Below, one piece after another: positions 48,095 through 58,005 of a DNA stretch of 64,000 nt. A program made the position numbers and the translations under genes. Where the stretch lies: NCBI GenBank assembly GCA_039715085.1, contig JBDLIB010000001.1, forward strand, positions 691 to 64,690, written 5' to 3'. The notes below the pieces were generated by a model. That model searched no databases. It saw only the letters and a program-made list of their open reading frames with translations, and was not told the origin of the DNA. The stretch is from Bacteroidota bacterium. GTDB taxonomy: Bacteria; Bacteroidota; Bacteroidia; Flavobacteriales; Flavobacteriaceae. Each line of letters begins with the position of its first letter. Within the stretch, counting starts at the first letter, position 1.

Positions 48095-50782
48095 TATATT
48101 ATTTTAAGAATACAATATATATTTTACCTAATAATTGCATTATCAGCTAATTATGCTTTTGCCCAAACTATTATACATGGTGTTGTAAGAGATAGTATAG
48201 GTAGTCACATCCCTTTAGTAAATGTATTTGTAACAGAAGAAAGTAATAATAATAAAGTATTTGCCTATACCTATGGTAATGAAGAAGGTAAGTATAAGTT
48301 GAAAATTCATGATTCAGGTGTTTTTACAATTAATTTTAGTGCACTAAGTTATAACACTGGTAAATCCACTATTATTATTGACAGTCTTAAACCTCCTAAA
48401 GAAATAACTCTTGACTATGTTTTAAATTATAAAAATTTAATATTAAGCGAGGTAATTATTCATGATAGTAAACCTATAATAATAAAAAAGGATACTATAA
48501 TCTACAAGGTTAAAAATTTTATTAAAGGAAATGAGCAGGTTGTTGAAGATTTGCTGAAAAATATTCCGGGTATTAATATTGATTCTGATGGTACAATTAA
48601 AGCAGGTAATAAAGAAATAGAAAAATTGATGATTGATGGTGATGACTTCTTTGAAAAAGGGTATAAAATTCTTTCAAAAAATATGCCTCCAGATCAGATA
48701 GAAAATATTGAATTATTACAAAGATTCTCTAATAACAAGTTACTTACAGGAGTTGAAAAAAGTGATAAAGTTGCCTTAAACCTTGTTTTAAAGGAAGATG
48801 CTAAAAGAAACTGGTTTGGGAATATTAATTTAGGTTATGATATTACGTTTAAAAATCGTTATAATTTTCAAAGTAATTTAATGAATTTTGGCAAGAAGAA
48901 TAAATATTATTTTTTAACTAACTTTAATAATATTGGTTATGATGCCACTGGTGACATCAACCATTTAATTAGACCTATTCGTTATGGAGAACCTTCAAGT
49001 ATTGGTGATAATGAGAATGCGAATAGCTTACTTAGTTTAAATTCTGCTACTCCAAATTTCAAAGCATCAAGAACTAATTTTAATAGCGAAAAATTAGTAT
49101 CTCTTAACGCTATTTTTACACTTTCAAAAAAAGTAAAACTAAAAACTCTGGGTTTATTTAATTGGGATATAAATGATTTTTATAGAAACCAGGCACAAGT
49201 ATATGGAACAAGTGAAAATGGTTTTACAAATACTGAAGATTATCAATTACGGAAGAAAAAGTATATTGGTTTTGGTAAAGTAGATTTAACCTATGATATT
49301 TCAAAAACTAAAATGCTTGAAGTTACTTCTAAATATAATAATCAGGAGACAAACAGTGTAAGCAATTTGATTTTTAATGAAGAAGAAACTAATGAAAGGT
49401 TAAAAACATTAAATGAACTTTTTGATCAGAAAATAACTTTTACAAATAGGATAAAAAAGAATAAAGTTTATTTATTAACTGGAAGATATATTTATGAAAA
49501 AACACCTCAAGACTATAATATCAACCAGTTCTTTTATCAAAATCTATTTCCAGATATAACCAATACAAATAATGTAAGTCAATTAAGCGAAAACCAGATG
49601 CAGTTTGTTGGGTTTGAGTCACATTTATTAGACAGAAAAGAAAATGGAAACCTTTTAGAATTACAATTGGGAAATCAATTTAGAAAAGATAAATTACTTT
49701 CTTCATTTTTCCTTAAAGAAGATAGTGCTATTATAGAAACACCCAACGATTATCAAAATAATACTATTTATATTTCCAATGATTTATATTTTAATACTAA
49801 ATATAGAATAAAAGTGAAAAATCTTGCTTTTACAGGTAAGTTGGACTTCCATCAATTAATCAATCAGTTAGAACAAAATAATATTACAAAACAACAACCT
49901 TTTTTTATAAACCCTAGAATAAGTTTTGACTGGGAAATAAATAAAAAGAATAAAATACTTGGATCTTATGCTTACAATATAACAAATTCAAAAATATTAG
50001 ACGTTTATAGAAACTATGTATTATCGGATTATTGGTCATTTGAAAAAGGGACTGGAAATTTTAATCAATTAAATGCTTCAACATTATTTTTTAATTATCA
50101 ACTTGGTAATTGGAGTGATATTTTTTTTGCAAATGCTTTTATAATTTATAATAAGAATCATAATTTTTTCTCTACTAATACTTTCATCACACAAAATTAT
50201 TCACAATCAAAAAAAATAATAATAAATGATAGAGAAATGTTCAATATTTCATCTAACATGGATAGGTATTTTAAATCTATCTCATCAAATTTGAAACTTA
50301 ATTTAGGCTATACAAAGACAAATTATAAAAATATAATCAATGATTCTGATTTTAGAGAAATAAAGTCAACAAATTATAGTTATGGTGTTGAGTTACGTTC
50401 GGGTTTTACTGGTGTATTTAATTATCATATTGGTACAAAATGGAAAACAAATCAAATTGAAACTACCATTGTTGATGCTTATACAAATAACACATCATTT
50501 TTAGATTTGTCTTATGTTTTTACCGATAAATTAAGTGTCTACCTTCAAGCTGAACGATATTATTTTGGCAATGTAGATAAAAATAATAATACTTATTATT
50601 TTGCAGATTTACAAGCCAGATATAAGTTTAAAGATAATAAGTTAACCTTTTCACTGTCAGGAAAAAATCTTTTCAATACTGAAAGGTTTAAAATATATAC
50701 TATTGATGATATTAGCTCCACAACAACAGAATATAGACTTCTACCAAGAAACATACTTTTGAAAATGGAATATAGATTTTAA
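48095..50782 (+). CDS. TonB-dependent-receptor-like outer membrane protein with a CarboxypepD_reg-like N-terminal domain; start codon unclear
   Basis: The frame is open from 48095 and encodes a signal-like ...LIIALSANYAFAQ, then TIIHGVVRDSIGSHIPLVNVFV upstream of the track start (TTG 48299). The C-terminal beta-barrel ends in ...KMEYRF. Confidence 0.65.
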   Translation, partial: YIILRIQYIFYLIIALSANYAFAQTIIHGVVRDSIGSHIPLVNVFVTEESNNNKVFAYTYGNEEGKYKLKIHDSGVFTINFSALSYNTGKSTIIIDSLKPPKEITLDYVLNYKNLILSEVIIHDSKPIIIKKDTIIYKVKNFIKGNEQVVEDLLKNIPGINIDSDGTIKAGNKEIEKLMIDGDDFFEKGYKILSKNMPPDQIENIELLQRFSNNKLLTGVEKSDKVALNLVLKEDAKRNWFGNINLGYDITFKNRYNFQSNLMNFGKKNKYYFLTNFNNIGYDATGDINHLIRPIRYGEPSSIGDNENANSLLSLNSATPNFKASRTNFNSEKLVSLNAIFTLSKKVKLKTLGLFNWDINDFYRNQAQVYGTSENGFTNTEDYQLRKKKYIGFGKVDLTYDISKTKMLEVTSKYNNQETNSVSNLIFNEEETNERLKTLNELFDQKITFTNRIKKNKVYLLTGRYIYEKTPQDYNINQFFYQNLFPDITNTNNVSQLSENQMQFVGFESHLLDRKENGNLLELQLGNQFRKDKLLSSFFLKEDSAIIETPNDYQNNTIYISNDLYFNTKYRIKVKNLAFTGKLDFHQLINQLEQNNITKQQPFFINPRISFDWEINKKNKILGSYAYNITNSKILDVYRNYVLSDYWSFEKGTGNFNQLNASTLFFNYQLGNWSDIFFANAFIIYNKNHNFFSTNTFITQNYSQSKKIIINDREMFNISSNMDRYFKSISSNLKLNLGYTKTNYKNIINDSDFREIKSTNYSYGVELRSGFTGVFNYHIGTKWKTNQIETTIVDAYTNNTSFLDLSYVFTDKLSVYLQAERYYFGNVDKNNNTYYFADLQARYKFKDNKLTFSLSGKNLFNTERFKIYTIDDISSTTTEYRLLPRNILLKMEYRF

Positions 50783-50849
50783 AAACGACACTAGTTCAAT
50801 GATTACATTACTACTGAAAAGAAAAAACTTATATATGTCTGAGATTTTG

Positions 50850-50996
50850 TTATTTCACCTTTTTTGATAAATTTCTTAAATATATTTTAAAAAAACCTCT
50901 TTCTTTTGCATTTTTTATTAATTTCTTATCTCCACCATCTATCGCATCAAATATCTACAGCTCTTGTTTTCTCTTTCTGAAGTTTGTTGTTTAATT
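50850..50996 (-). pseudogene. remnant of the C-terminus of a third LuxR-type response-regulator paralog
   Basis: Minus-strand frame reads FRKRKQEL*IFDAIDGGDKKLIKNAKERGFF. Compare IEKRKRRLKNIFDIKKRNDRELIHIAKEKGFI in the intact paralogs. It has an in-frame stop and no N-terminus. Confidence 0.4.
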
Positions 50997-50999
50997 TAC

Positions 51000-51167
51000 T
51001 TATTGAAGATACTCCTTTAAACGACTTTTTGATAACACGCTTTCTGTCGTCCCATCTTTTTCATTCACAAAATGTCTTAATGAAATGGAGGTGGTTTTCC
51101 TAAGATGACTTAACCTGAGAATAGCTGGAAAAGTATTATATTTCTTTTTTCTTCTGATTATGACAGA
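51000..51167 (-). pseudogene. remnant of a tyrosine-integrase N-terminal arm-binding domain
   Basis: SVIIRRKKKYNTFPAILRLSHLRKTTSISLRHFVNEKDGTTES. This resembles the ...IILRxxKxNKxGxYPLxIRITKDRKSxFIxLGxxLKExDWD N-termini of Bacteroidota integrases. It has no start codon and no catalytic domain. Confidence 0.35.
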
Positions 51168-51480
51168 TTACGGATATATAATTTATTCTTAAAGTCAAAT
51201 TAAATTAGAAGAGTATTTATTTTGGTATTAAATCGTGATAACAAGCATGAAGACTTGGGCCAAAAATAGGACTTATTAACAAGGTTTCATTTAAATAAAA
51301 AATGGAACAAGCATTTTAAATAAATTTTATTAAAATCAAAATTTTATTAGCAATTAGAATATTTTTATAAATAATAGTGAAAATAATAGTAATTAAATCC
51401 AATTATATTCAAATAAATTCAATAATTATGGAGTCTAAAAAAAATTAAAATGTTGTACCTATGTTGTACCTAAACAAAAA

Positions 51481-51504
51481 AAGTTGAGAATGAATCCTCA
51501 ACTT
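51481..51504 (-). terminator. rho-independent terminator downstream of the tRNA
   Basis: 8-bp perfect stem AAGTTGAG/CTCAACTT followed (on the minus strand) by a T-run. Confidence 0.6.
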
Positions 51505-51519
51505 TCCTTATTTTATCAG

Positions 51520-51593
51520 TAGCGAGGAGCAGAATCGAACTGCCGACCTCCGGGTTATGAATCCGACGCTCTAACCATCTGAGCTACCTCGCC
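51520..51593 (-). tRNA. tRNA with anticodon CAT (elongator Met or lysidine-modified Ile2); CCA not encoded
   Basis: Reverse complement GGCGAGGTAGCTCAGATGGTTAGAGCGTCGGATTCATAACCCGGAGGTCGGCAGTTCGATTCTGCTCCTCGCTA folds as a cloverleaf: D stem GCTC/GAGC, anticodon loop TTCATAA, T loop TTCGATT. Confidence 0.85.
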
Positions 51594-51751
51594 GTTGTTT
51601 TATCAAAAAATCAATAAAAATATTGTCAATTTTCGAGGTGCAAATATAAAAACAAAATTAGTTGCTGCAACAAACTTTTATAATTTTTTTCAAAAAAAAA
51701 TTTTTTTAAAGATGAGATATTATATATATTGTCACTCAAAATATTTTAGAT

Positions 51752-52135
51752 ATGTCAGATAAGAAAAAAATTGAACTAGAATTTCCTATTCATGCATCTC
51801 CCTCATTCTTATATCAATATGTGTCAACACCGGATTCTTTGGGCGAATGGTTTGCAGATAACGTGAATTCACGTGGTCAGGTTTATACTTTTATTTGGGA
51901 TGATTCAGAAGAATTAGCAAAAAGAATTTCCCAAAGACATGATGAATATATTAAATTCAGGTGGGAAGAAGATGATGATGACGATACATATTTCGAGTTT
52001 AGAATTCAGGTTGATGATCTGACAAAAGATGTTTCATTGATCGTAGTTGATTTTGCTGAAGAAGATGAATTGGATGAAACTAAAATGTTTTGGGAAAACA
52101 AAGTTTCAGATTTAAAGCATGTTATTGGGGGCTAA
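51752..52135 (+). CDS. START/SRPBCC-like domain protein
   Basis: 127 aa with an acidic insert. This pattern is typical of flavobacterial START-like proteins. Followed by a terminator. Confidence 0.5.
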   Translation: MSDKKKIELEFPIHASPSFLYQYVSTPDSLGEWFADNVNSRGQVYTFIWDDSEELAKRISQRHDEYIKFRWEEDDDDDTYFEFRIQVDDLTKDVSLIVVDFAEEDELDETKMFWENKVSDLKHVIGG

Positions 52136-52158
52136 TCAGATAAAACTATATAATTTTA

Positions 52159-52186
52159 CCTCGAGTTAATCCCTCGGGGTTTTTTA
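52159..52186 (+). terminator. rho-independent terminator
   Basis: Stem CCTCGAG/CTCGGGG (one G-U pair), 7-nt loop, then TTTTTTATTT. Confidence 0.6.
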
Positions 52187-52204
52187 TTTCAAATATTACT
52201 ATTG

Positions 52205-53035
52205 ATGGTTGAAATTAATGTAAATGGTAAATTACTTCCTGAAAATGAAGTTAAAATAAGTCCGTATAACCGCGCTTTAAAATTTGGAGATGCAATTTTT
52301 GAAACATTAAAAGCAAATAAAGAAAATATATACTTTCTTGAAAATCATTATTTTAGAATTATGTCATCGATGCGTATGTTGCGTATGAAAATTCCGATGC
52401 ATTTTACTTTAGAATTTTTTAAAACTGAGATTCAAAAAACTATTAAGGCAAATGGCCTAAAGGATATTTCAAGAGTAAGGTTTACTGTTTTTAGAAAGGA
52501 TGGAGGGTTGTACCTGCCTGAGACAAATGAAATTTTGTTTATAATAGAAGTAGCCGATTTACATATTCCTTTATATACTGATTATGAGATAGAGATATTC
52601 AAAGATTTTTCTGTCTCTTCCGGAAAACTATCCAACCTGAAGACAAATAATAGAGTTTTAAATGTAGTAGCCAGTATTTTTGCCGATGAGAATGATTATC
52701 AAAATAGTATCTTGATTAATGAAAAGAAGAATATTGTAGAAGCTGTTAATGCGAATATTTTTTTGGTAAAAGAAAATGTGATTTCAACACCTGCTTTGAG
52801 TGAAGGGTGTGTTAATGGGATAATCAGGAAAAAGTTGATTGAAATGATTTCTTCAACAACCAGGTTTGATATTCGGGAAACCGGTATTTTACCAATGGAA
52901 CTTTTGCAAGCTGATGAGGTATTTCTAACCAATTCGATTGTTGAAATACAAAGTGTAACTAAATATAGGAAGAAGAATTACGAAGTAAGAGTTGCAAGTA
53001 AATTACGTGATTTGCTAAGGGCTGAGATCAGTTAA
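52205..53035 (+). CDS. class IV aminotransferase / aminodeoxychorismate-lyase-like protein
   Basis: Fold-type IV pattern (RALKFGDAIFETL...; NIFLVKENVISTP...GCVNGIIR). Confidence 0.65.
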   Translation: MVEINVNGKLLPENEVKISPYNRALKFGDAIFETLKANKENIYFLENHYFRIMSSMRMLRMKIPMHFTLEFFKTEIQKTIKANGLKDISRVRFTVFRKDGGLYLPETNEILFIIEVADLHIPLYTDYEIEIFKDFSVSSGKLSNLKTNNRVLNVVASIFADENDYQNSILINEKKNIVEAVNANIFLVKENVISTPALSEGCVNGIIRKKLIEMISSTTRFDIRETGILPMELLQADEVFLTNSIVEIQSVTKYRKKNYEVRVASKLRDLLRAEIS

Positions 53036-53589
53036 TTGAAACTCGGATTTTCAGGAGCATTAGCCCAAATTTGATAGATACCTCCAAATTTTGACATCTC
53101 ATCTTTCCAAAAATCATCGTGACTTATCTTAAATAAATTGTTGAATTTATTTTCGGTAACAATCCACGAGTAAGTTGAAAGTTCATCTTCTAATTGATTG
53201 TTACTCCATCCACTGTATCCAAGGAAAAAACGAATGTCATTTTTTGAAATAGAATCTTCCTGCAATAATTCGGTTACAGTATCAAAATCGCCACCCCAAT
53301 AAAAGCCATTTGTTATTTCTACACTATCAGGTATCAATTCCGGAATCTTATGTACGAAATAAAGATTGTCACTTGAAACAGGACCTCCATAAAAAATAGG
53401 TAATTCCGAATTTATGTCAGGAATGACATCTGTTAAAGTATATTCTGTTGGCTTATTAAAAATAAAACCTACCGATCCACTTTCATTGTGTTCGGTCAAG
53501 AAAATCACAGAACGATTAAAAGAACTATCATTTAAAATGCTAGGTTCTGCAATTAACAACTTCCCTTTTGAAGGTTTTACTTTTATCAT
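53032..53589 (-). CDS. yqgE: YqgE/AlgH family protein
   Basis: GKLLIAEPSILNDSSFNRSVIFLTEHNESGSVGFIFNKP. Start taken at the internal ATG. Confidence 0.75.
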   Translation of the reverse strand: MIKVKPSKGKLLIAEPSILNDSSFNRSVIFLTEHNESGSVGFIFNKPTEYTLTDVIPDINSELPIFYGGPVSSDNLYFVHKIPELIPDSVEITNGFYWGGDFDTVTELLQEDSISKNDIRFFLGYSGWSNNQLEDELSTYSWIVTENKFNNLFKISHDDFWKDEMSKFGGIYQIWANAPENPSFN

Positions 53590-53635
53590 GGTTAGGTTAT
53601 AGATTTTAAATGTACAAAAAAATATCAAATAAAAA

Positions 53636-53658
53636 AAGACTGTTTATCAAACAGTCTT
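53636..53658. terminator. bidirectional hairpin terminator
   Basis: AAGACTGTTT-atc-AAACAGTCTT, flanked by an A-run and a T-run. Confidence 0.6.
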
Positions 53659-53687
53659 TTTTTTAACATTTGGTAAATTAAGATCTA

Positions 53688-53960
53688 TTAATTTACTGCA
53701 TCTTTTAATTCAGAACCTGGTTTAAAGCCAACAACTTTTCTTGCAGGTATTTTTATAGTTGCTCCGGTTTGAGGATTTCTACCGTCTCTTGCAGCTCTTT
53801 GTTTAACTGTAAAAGAACCGAAACCTACTAAAGCTACTTTATTCCCACCTTTAAGAGTTGATTTTACATTCCCCATAAATGAATCTAGTGCTTTTCCGGC
53901 AGCAGCTTTTGAGATACCTGCATCAGAAGCCATTGCTTCAATTAAATCTGATTTGTTCAT
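53688..53960 (-). CDS. hup: HU family DNA-binding protein
   Basis: [11 protein letters not shown]...[21 protein letters not shown]. Confidence 0.9.
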   Translation of the reverse strand: MNKSDLIEAMASDAGISKAAAGKALDSFMGNVKSTLKGGNKVALVGFGSFTVKQRAARDGRNPQTGATIKIPARKVVGFKPGSELKDAVN

Positions 53961-54153
53961 AATTAAAATTTTAAATTGATTATTATTTATTTTCATTAAA
54001 TGCTTTTCATAAGCATAACAAATATAGATTTTATAAGGGTTTGCGCAAGTTTTTGGATAAAAAAATCAGCTGTTTGTTGATAACTTAATCTAAATTGTTG
54101 ATAAACAGAGGTGAAAAAGCTATTTTTTCTGCAATCCTTGTAAAATAAGGTGT

Positions 54154-55098
54154 TTACGACATACTAGCTTTTTCTGAAAAATTAAAACCATTTAAAAAAC
54201 TTATTGTATCCATTTTCCGCTTTCCGGAAATTTTTAAAGATGTAATTTTTATAAACCCTTTCGCAACAGCAACTTTAAGTTCCTTTTTGTCGGTTATGAT
54301 CTTGCCGGGTTCAAAATTATGTTCTTTTACCACTTTCTCAGCCTGATATATCTTTACATCAATTTCTTCTCCATCATTATTAATAATTGACCAACTTGCT
54401 GGGTAAGGTGACAAGCCTCTTATCATATTATATATATTGGTTAGAGAATCACTCCAATCAATTCTGCAATTTTCTTTATTGAGTTTTGGAGCTGATTTAA
54501 GATCTTTTTTTGGTTGAGGAATTGTACTAATTTTATTGTCTGCTATTAGTTCTGTAGTTTCGAGAACTAATTTACTTCCTGTTTCCATTAATTTATCATG
54601 TAATTCTCCTGCATTTTCAGTTGGGGATATTTCAATTTCCTTTTGCAGAATTATTTCACCGGTATCAATTTTTTCATCCAGAAAGAAAGTGGTTACACCT
54701 GTTCTGGTTTCACCATTAATAATAGCCCAGTTTATTGGAGCGGCACCCCGGTATTCAGGAAGCAGGGAAGCGTGTAAATTAAAAGTGCCATATTTTGGCA
54801 TAGACCAGACTTCTTTTGGTAACATTCTGAAAGCTACAATAATTTGCAGGTCGGCTTGTAAATTCTCAAGTGTTTTTAAAAAAGAAGGGTCTTTTAAATT
54901 GGTAGGTTGAAGAACATTTAAATTGTGCTGTACCGCAAATTTTTTCACAGCAGATTGATTGAGTTTTCTTCCTCTTCCGGCAGGCTTGTCCGGAGCTGTA
55001 ATCACTCCAACTATATTGTAATCATTTTTTAACAGAGTTTTTAAAGAGGCAACTGCAAAATCAGGAGTCCCCATAAAAATGATGCGTAAGTCTTTCAT
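54154..55098 (-). CDS. fmt: methionyl-tRNA formyltransferase
   Basis: IIFMGTPDFAV...NLHASLLPEYRGAAPINWAIINGE. Confidence 0.9.
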   Translation of the reverse strand: MKDLRIIFMGTPDFAVASLKTLLKNDYNIVGVITAPDKPAGRGRKLNQSAVKKFAVQHNLNVLQPTNLKDPSFLKTLENLQADLQIIVAFRMLPKEVWSMPKYGTFNLHASLLPEYRGAAPINWAIINGETRTGVTTFFLDEKIDTGEIILQKEIEISPTENAGELHDKLMETGSKLVLETTELIADNKISTIPQPKKDLKSAPKLNKENCRIDWSDSLTNIYNMIRGLSPYPASWSIINNDGEEIDVKIYQAEKVVKEHNFEPGKIITDKKELKVAVAKGFIKITSLKISGKRKMDTISFLNGFNFSEKASMS

Positions 55099-55104
55099 AA
55101 GATA

Positions 55105-57003
55105 TTAAAGCTTAGTGAATTTATTTTGCGAAGTTAAGCCTAATGTGTTCTTTTCGAGTAGGAATTGTAGAGTTTTTAATATGTTTTTTTCATCAAAACT
55201 GAGCTGCGAAACAATTTCTTTTGAATTTAATTCATCATTTTTATTGAAAAGGTCTAAAATATTATTTGCAATTACCTGATAGTCAACAGTTACTTTGTTG
55301 TTCTTTAGGCAAACATCACAATTATTACATGGCTTGATCTTGTCTGTTTCACCAAAATACTGTAGTAATTGTACACTTCTGCAAATACTGTCATTTTCAA
55401 CGAACCTGACAACTTCTTTTACTTTGTTGATCTTTAGGTTATTTCTCTTATTGATATTCTCAGAGATACGATTAATGACAAAATTATCTTCTCTAGGGAC
55501 TAAGAATTTTAATTCTGATGTGTTTTTGTATGATTTGTAGATTAAAATCTTATCATTATCTAATTGATTGAGTATGGATACAACTTCTACTTTCCTTTTT
55601 TGAAATCTCTTTGCAAGAAAATACTCATTAATAGGTGTAAATTGCTCGAAAATACCTCCGTAATTTCTTAAAAGTAGTTTAACGAACTTATCTAAATTCG
55701 GATTTCTGTCCAGATAGGCAAACAAGGAATCATTATCGATTGTAATTTTCACAACCGATTTTTTATTAATATTTTGATCGAATTCAATTATATTTTCAAG
55801 TCCTAATGTGGTAAGAGCATTATAAGTTGACAGAACAGGTAATTTATATGCAGAACAAAATTCCTGTAAATTAAAAAGGTAATTTTTTTCAAAAATTTCA
55901 CCCGGTGATATCTGGTAATATTTATTGAGATTCATATAAACATTTTTGCAAATATCAACAGTTGCCATTCCTTTTTTAAACATATTTTTAAAATCAAAAA
56001 TAGTAGTGTTATTAAAGAGTAAAAAGGCATAAGATTCTTTACCATCTCTTCCGGCTCTTCCGGTTTCCTGTAGGTAATTTTCTATACTGTATGGTAAGTT
56101 AAGGTGGATTACCGTTCTTACATTGGCCTTATCTATACCCATGCCGAAAGCATTAGTGGCAACCATGACAGGCCTTTTTTCTGAGATCCAACTCTCAAAA
56201 GCTTCTTCTTTTTCATCGAAAGTTAGTCCGCCGTGATAATAAGAACTTTTAATGTTGTTCTTATTGAGGTAGTTTGAAATATTAACCGATGCTTTTCTGG
56301 TACCCGTATAAACTATAGCAGGTTCGTTGTTTTTTTGTAAGATATCAAATAAATTACCAAGGATATCTTCGGTGAATTTTATTCGGTAATTGATATTATT
56401 CCTGGAAAAGGATCTTTTAAAAACGGAGGGATTTATCAGATCTAAATTTTTAACAATATCTTGTAAAACAACAGGAGTAGCCGAAGCAGTTAAAGCTATG
56501 ATATTTGCTTCAGGCTGAATTTTCTGTAAAGTATCTATCTTTAAGTATGAGGGCCTGAAGTCATGTCCCCATTCGGAGATACAATGTGCTTCGTCAATAG
56601 CTATTAAGTTGACACTTAATTGCTTGATCTTTTCCTGAATTAATTCCGACTGTAATTTTTCGGGAGACAGGTATAAAAATTTATAGTTGCCGAATCTTAA
56701 GTTGTCAAATGCTGTAATTGTATCGTTAAATGAAAGTTTTGATGTTACTGCAATAGCATTGATCCCCTTTTTCTTTAAATTCTCTACCTGGTCGTTCATC
56801 AATGCGATTAATGGTGAAATCACGATGCATACTCCTTCATTTATCAAGGTTGGTATTTGGAAGCAGAGTGATTTTCCCCCACCAGTAGGCAGAAGTGCAA
56901 CAACATTTTGTTTTTTTAGAACAGTCTCAATTATTTCTTTTTGAGGTTTTCTAAAACTGTCAAAGTTCCAATACTTTTTTAAGATCTCTTCGGGTGAAGT
57001 CAA
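55105..57003 (-). CDS. recQ: RecQ-family ATP-dependent DNA helicase
   Basis: LLPTGGGKSLCFQIP, DEAHCISEWGHDFRP, ATNAFGMGIDK, QETGRAGRDG. Confidence 0.85.
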   Translation of the reverse strand: MTSPEEILKKYWNFDSFRKPQKEIIETVLKKQNVVALLPTGGGKSLCFQIPTLINEGVCIVISPLIALMNDQVENLKKKGINAIAVTSKLSFNDTITAFDNLRFGNYKFLYLSPEKLQSELIQEKIKQLSVNLIAIDEAHCISEWGHDFRPSYLKIDTLQKIQPEANIIALTASATPVVLQDIVKNLDLINPSVFKRSFSRNNINYRIKFTEDILGNLFDILQKNNEPAIVYTGTRKASVNISNYLNKNNIKSSYYHGGLTFDEKEEAFESWISEKRPVMVATNAFGMGIDKANVRTVIHLNLPYSIENYLQETGRAGRDGKESYAFLLFNNTTIFDFKNMFKKGMATVDICKNVYMNLNKYYQISPGEIFEKNYLFNLQEFCSAYKLPVLSTYNALTTLGLENIIEFDQNINKKSVVKITIDNDSLFAYLDRNPNLDKFVKLLLRNYGGIFEQFTPINEYFLAKRFQKRKVEVVSILNQLDNDKILIYKSYKNTSELKFLVPREDNFVINRISENINKRNNLKINKVKEVVRFVENDSICRSVQLLQYFGETDKIKPCNNCDVCLKNNKVTVDYQVIANNILDLFNKNDELNSKEIVSQLSFDEKNILKTLQFLLEKNTLGLTSQNKFTKL

Positions 57004-57025
57004 ATGTTATAATTTTAGTTGATTA

Positions 57026-57565
57026 TTACCCCAAATTAAGTGTTTTTAAAATAAACTCTACTCTATTATCTGTAGAACTTAATGGGATGTCTGTTAAGGT
57101 ATATTCTAACTGCTTATAAGTGTTCTCCAGGTGATTATGTATAGCCATAGCCTGTTCAAAATCTTCATAACGCTCAGTGTCTTGTCTGTAGATCTTTTCC
57201 CAGGGAGGTGTAAGAAAAACCTTTGTATAGCGTAATGATATACTTTTATTGATAAACAGGTCATCATACTTTACTCCTAAATAATTTAAGTAGGCAGGAA
57301 TATCAGGGATGCCCCTGTCGAAAAAAACAAATTTCTCTTCTGTTCTGTCTGCAAGGTGGTATTGATTTTCTCTTCCTTCCAGTAGCATTTCACTAAACAT
57401 TTGCGGATCTTGTAAAAATAACTGTTCGGTACCTTTTTTACGTGCTTCTAAAGTTATTTCTCTCGAAATCTCAGGCAAACAAAAAAACCCAAGTTCTTTA
57501 AGAGCTTCAATAATTGTTGATTTTCCTGTTCCGGGACCTCCTGTTATGATGATTTTTTGTTGCAT
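57026..57565 (-). CDS. AAA_28-type ATPase
   Basis: IIITGGPGTGKST P-loop. 179 aa. Confidence 0.6.
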   Translation of the reverse strand: MQQKIIITGGPGTGKSTIIEALKELGFFCLPEISREITLEARKKGTEQLFLQDPQMFSEMLLEGRENQYHLADRTEEKFVFFDRGIPDIPAYLNYLGVKYDDLFINKSISLRYTKVFLTPPWEKIYRQDTERYEDFEQAMAIHNHLENTYKQLEYTLTDIPLSSTDNRVEFILKTLNLG

Positions 57566-57635
57566 ACCGTTAAAATAAAGTATTTTTCAAAATTAAGAAA
57601 ATAATAATTGTAATTTTGCAGCTAATTTATTTCTT

Positions 57636-57923
57636 ATGGGCATGGATAAAGAAGAGGAATTTTATAAGAAGTTAAAAAATAGTTTATTGGAAACGACAAA
57701 GTTTCCAACAGATTATTTATATAAATTTATTGTTCCATCTTCGGTTGAGAAAGTGAAAGCAATCGAAATGATGTTTGACAATACAGGTGCTGTAATAAAT
57801 ACAAAACCATCTAAAACAGGAAAATATACAAGTATTTCGATTTATGTAAAAATGAAGTCACCAGATGATATTATTAGGAAGTATAAAGAAGTTTCTAAAG
57901 TTGAAGGGGTTATTTCTTTGTGA
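57636..57923 (+). CDS. DUF493 (YbeD-like) protein
   Basis: FPTDYLYKFIVP motif. 95 aa. Confidence 0.6.
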   Translation: MGMDKEEEFYKKLKNSLLETTKFPTDYLYKFIVPSSVEKVKAIEMMFDNTGAVINTKPSKTGKYTSISIYVKMKSPDDIIRKYKEVSKVEGVISL

Positions 57924-58005
57924 TTTTTTTAACATTGCATTTTAGAAATAAGAAATATTTTTGACCAAATTTAATTAGACTTATCTTTCCAGACTAAAAT
58001 TTATA

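Noticed and set aside
51520-51593. Initiator tRNA-fMet assignment
   Set aside because: It lacks the C1xA72 mismatch and the three consecutive G-C pairs at the base of the anticodon stem. I kept it as Met-elongator or Ile2(CAT), unresolved.
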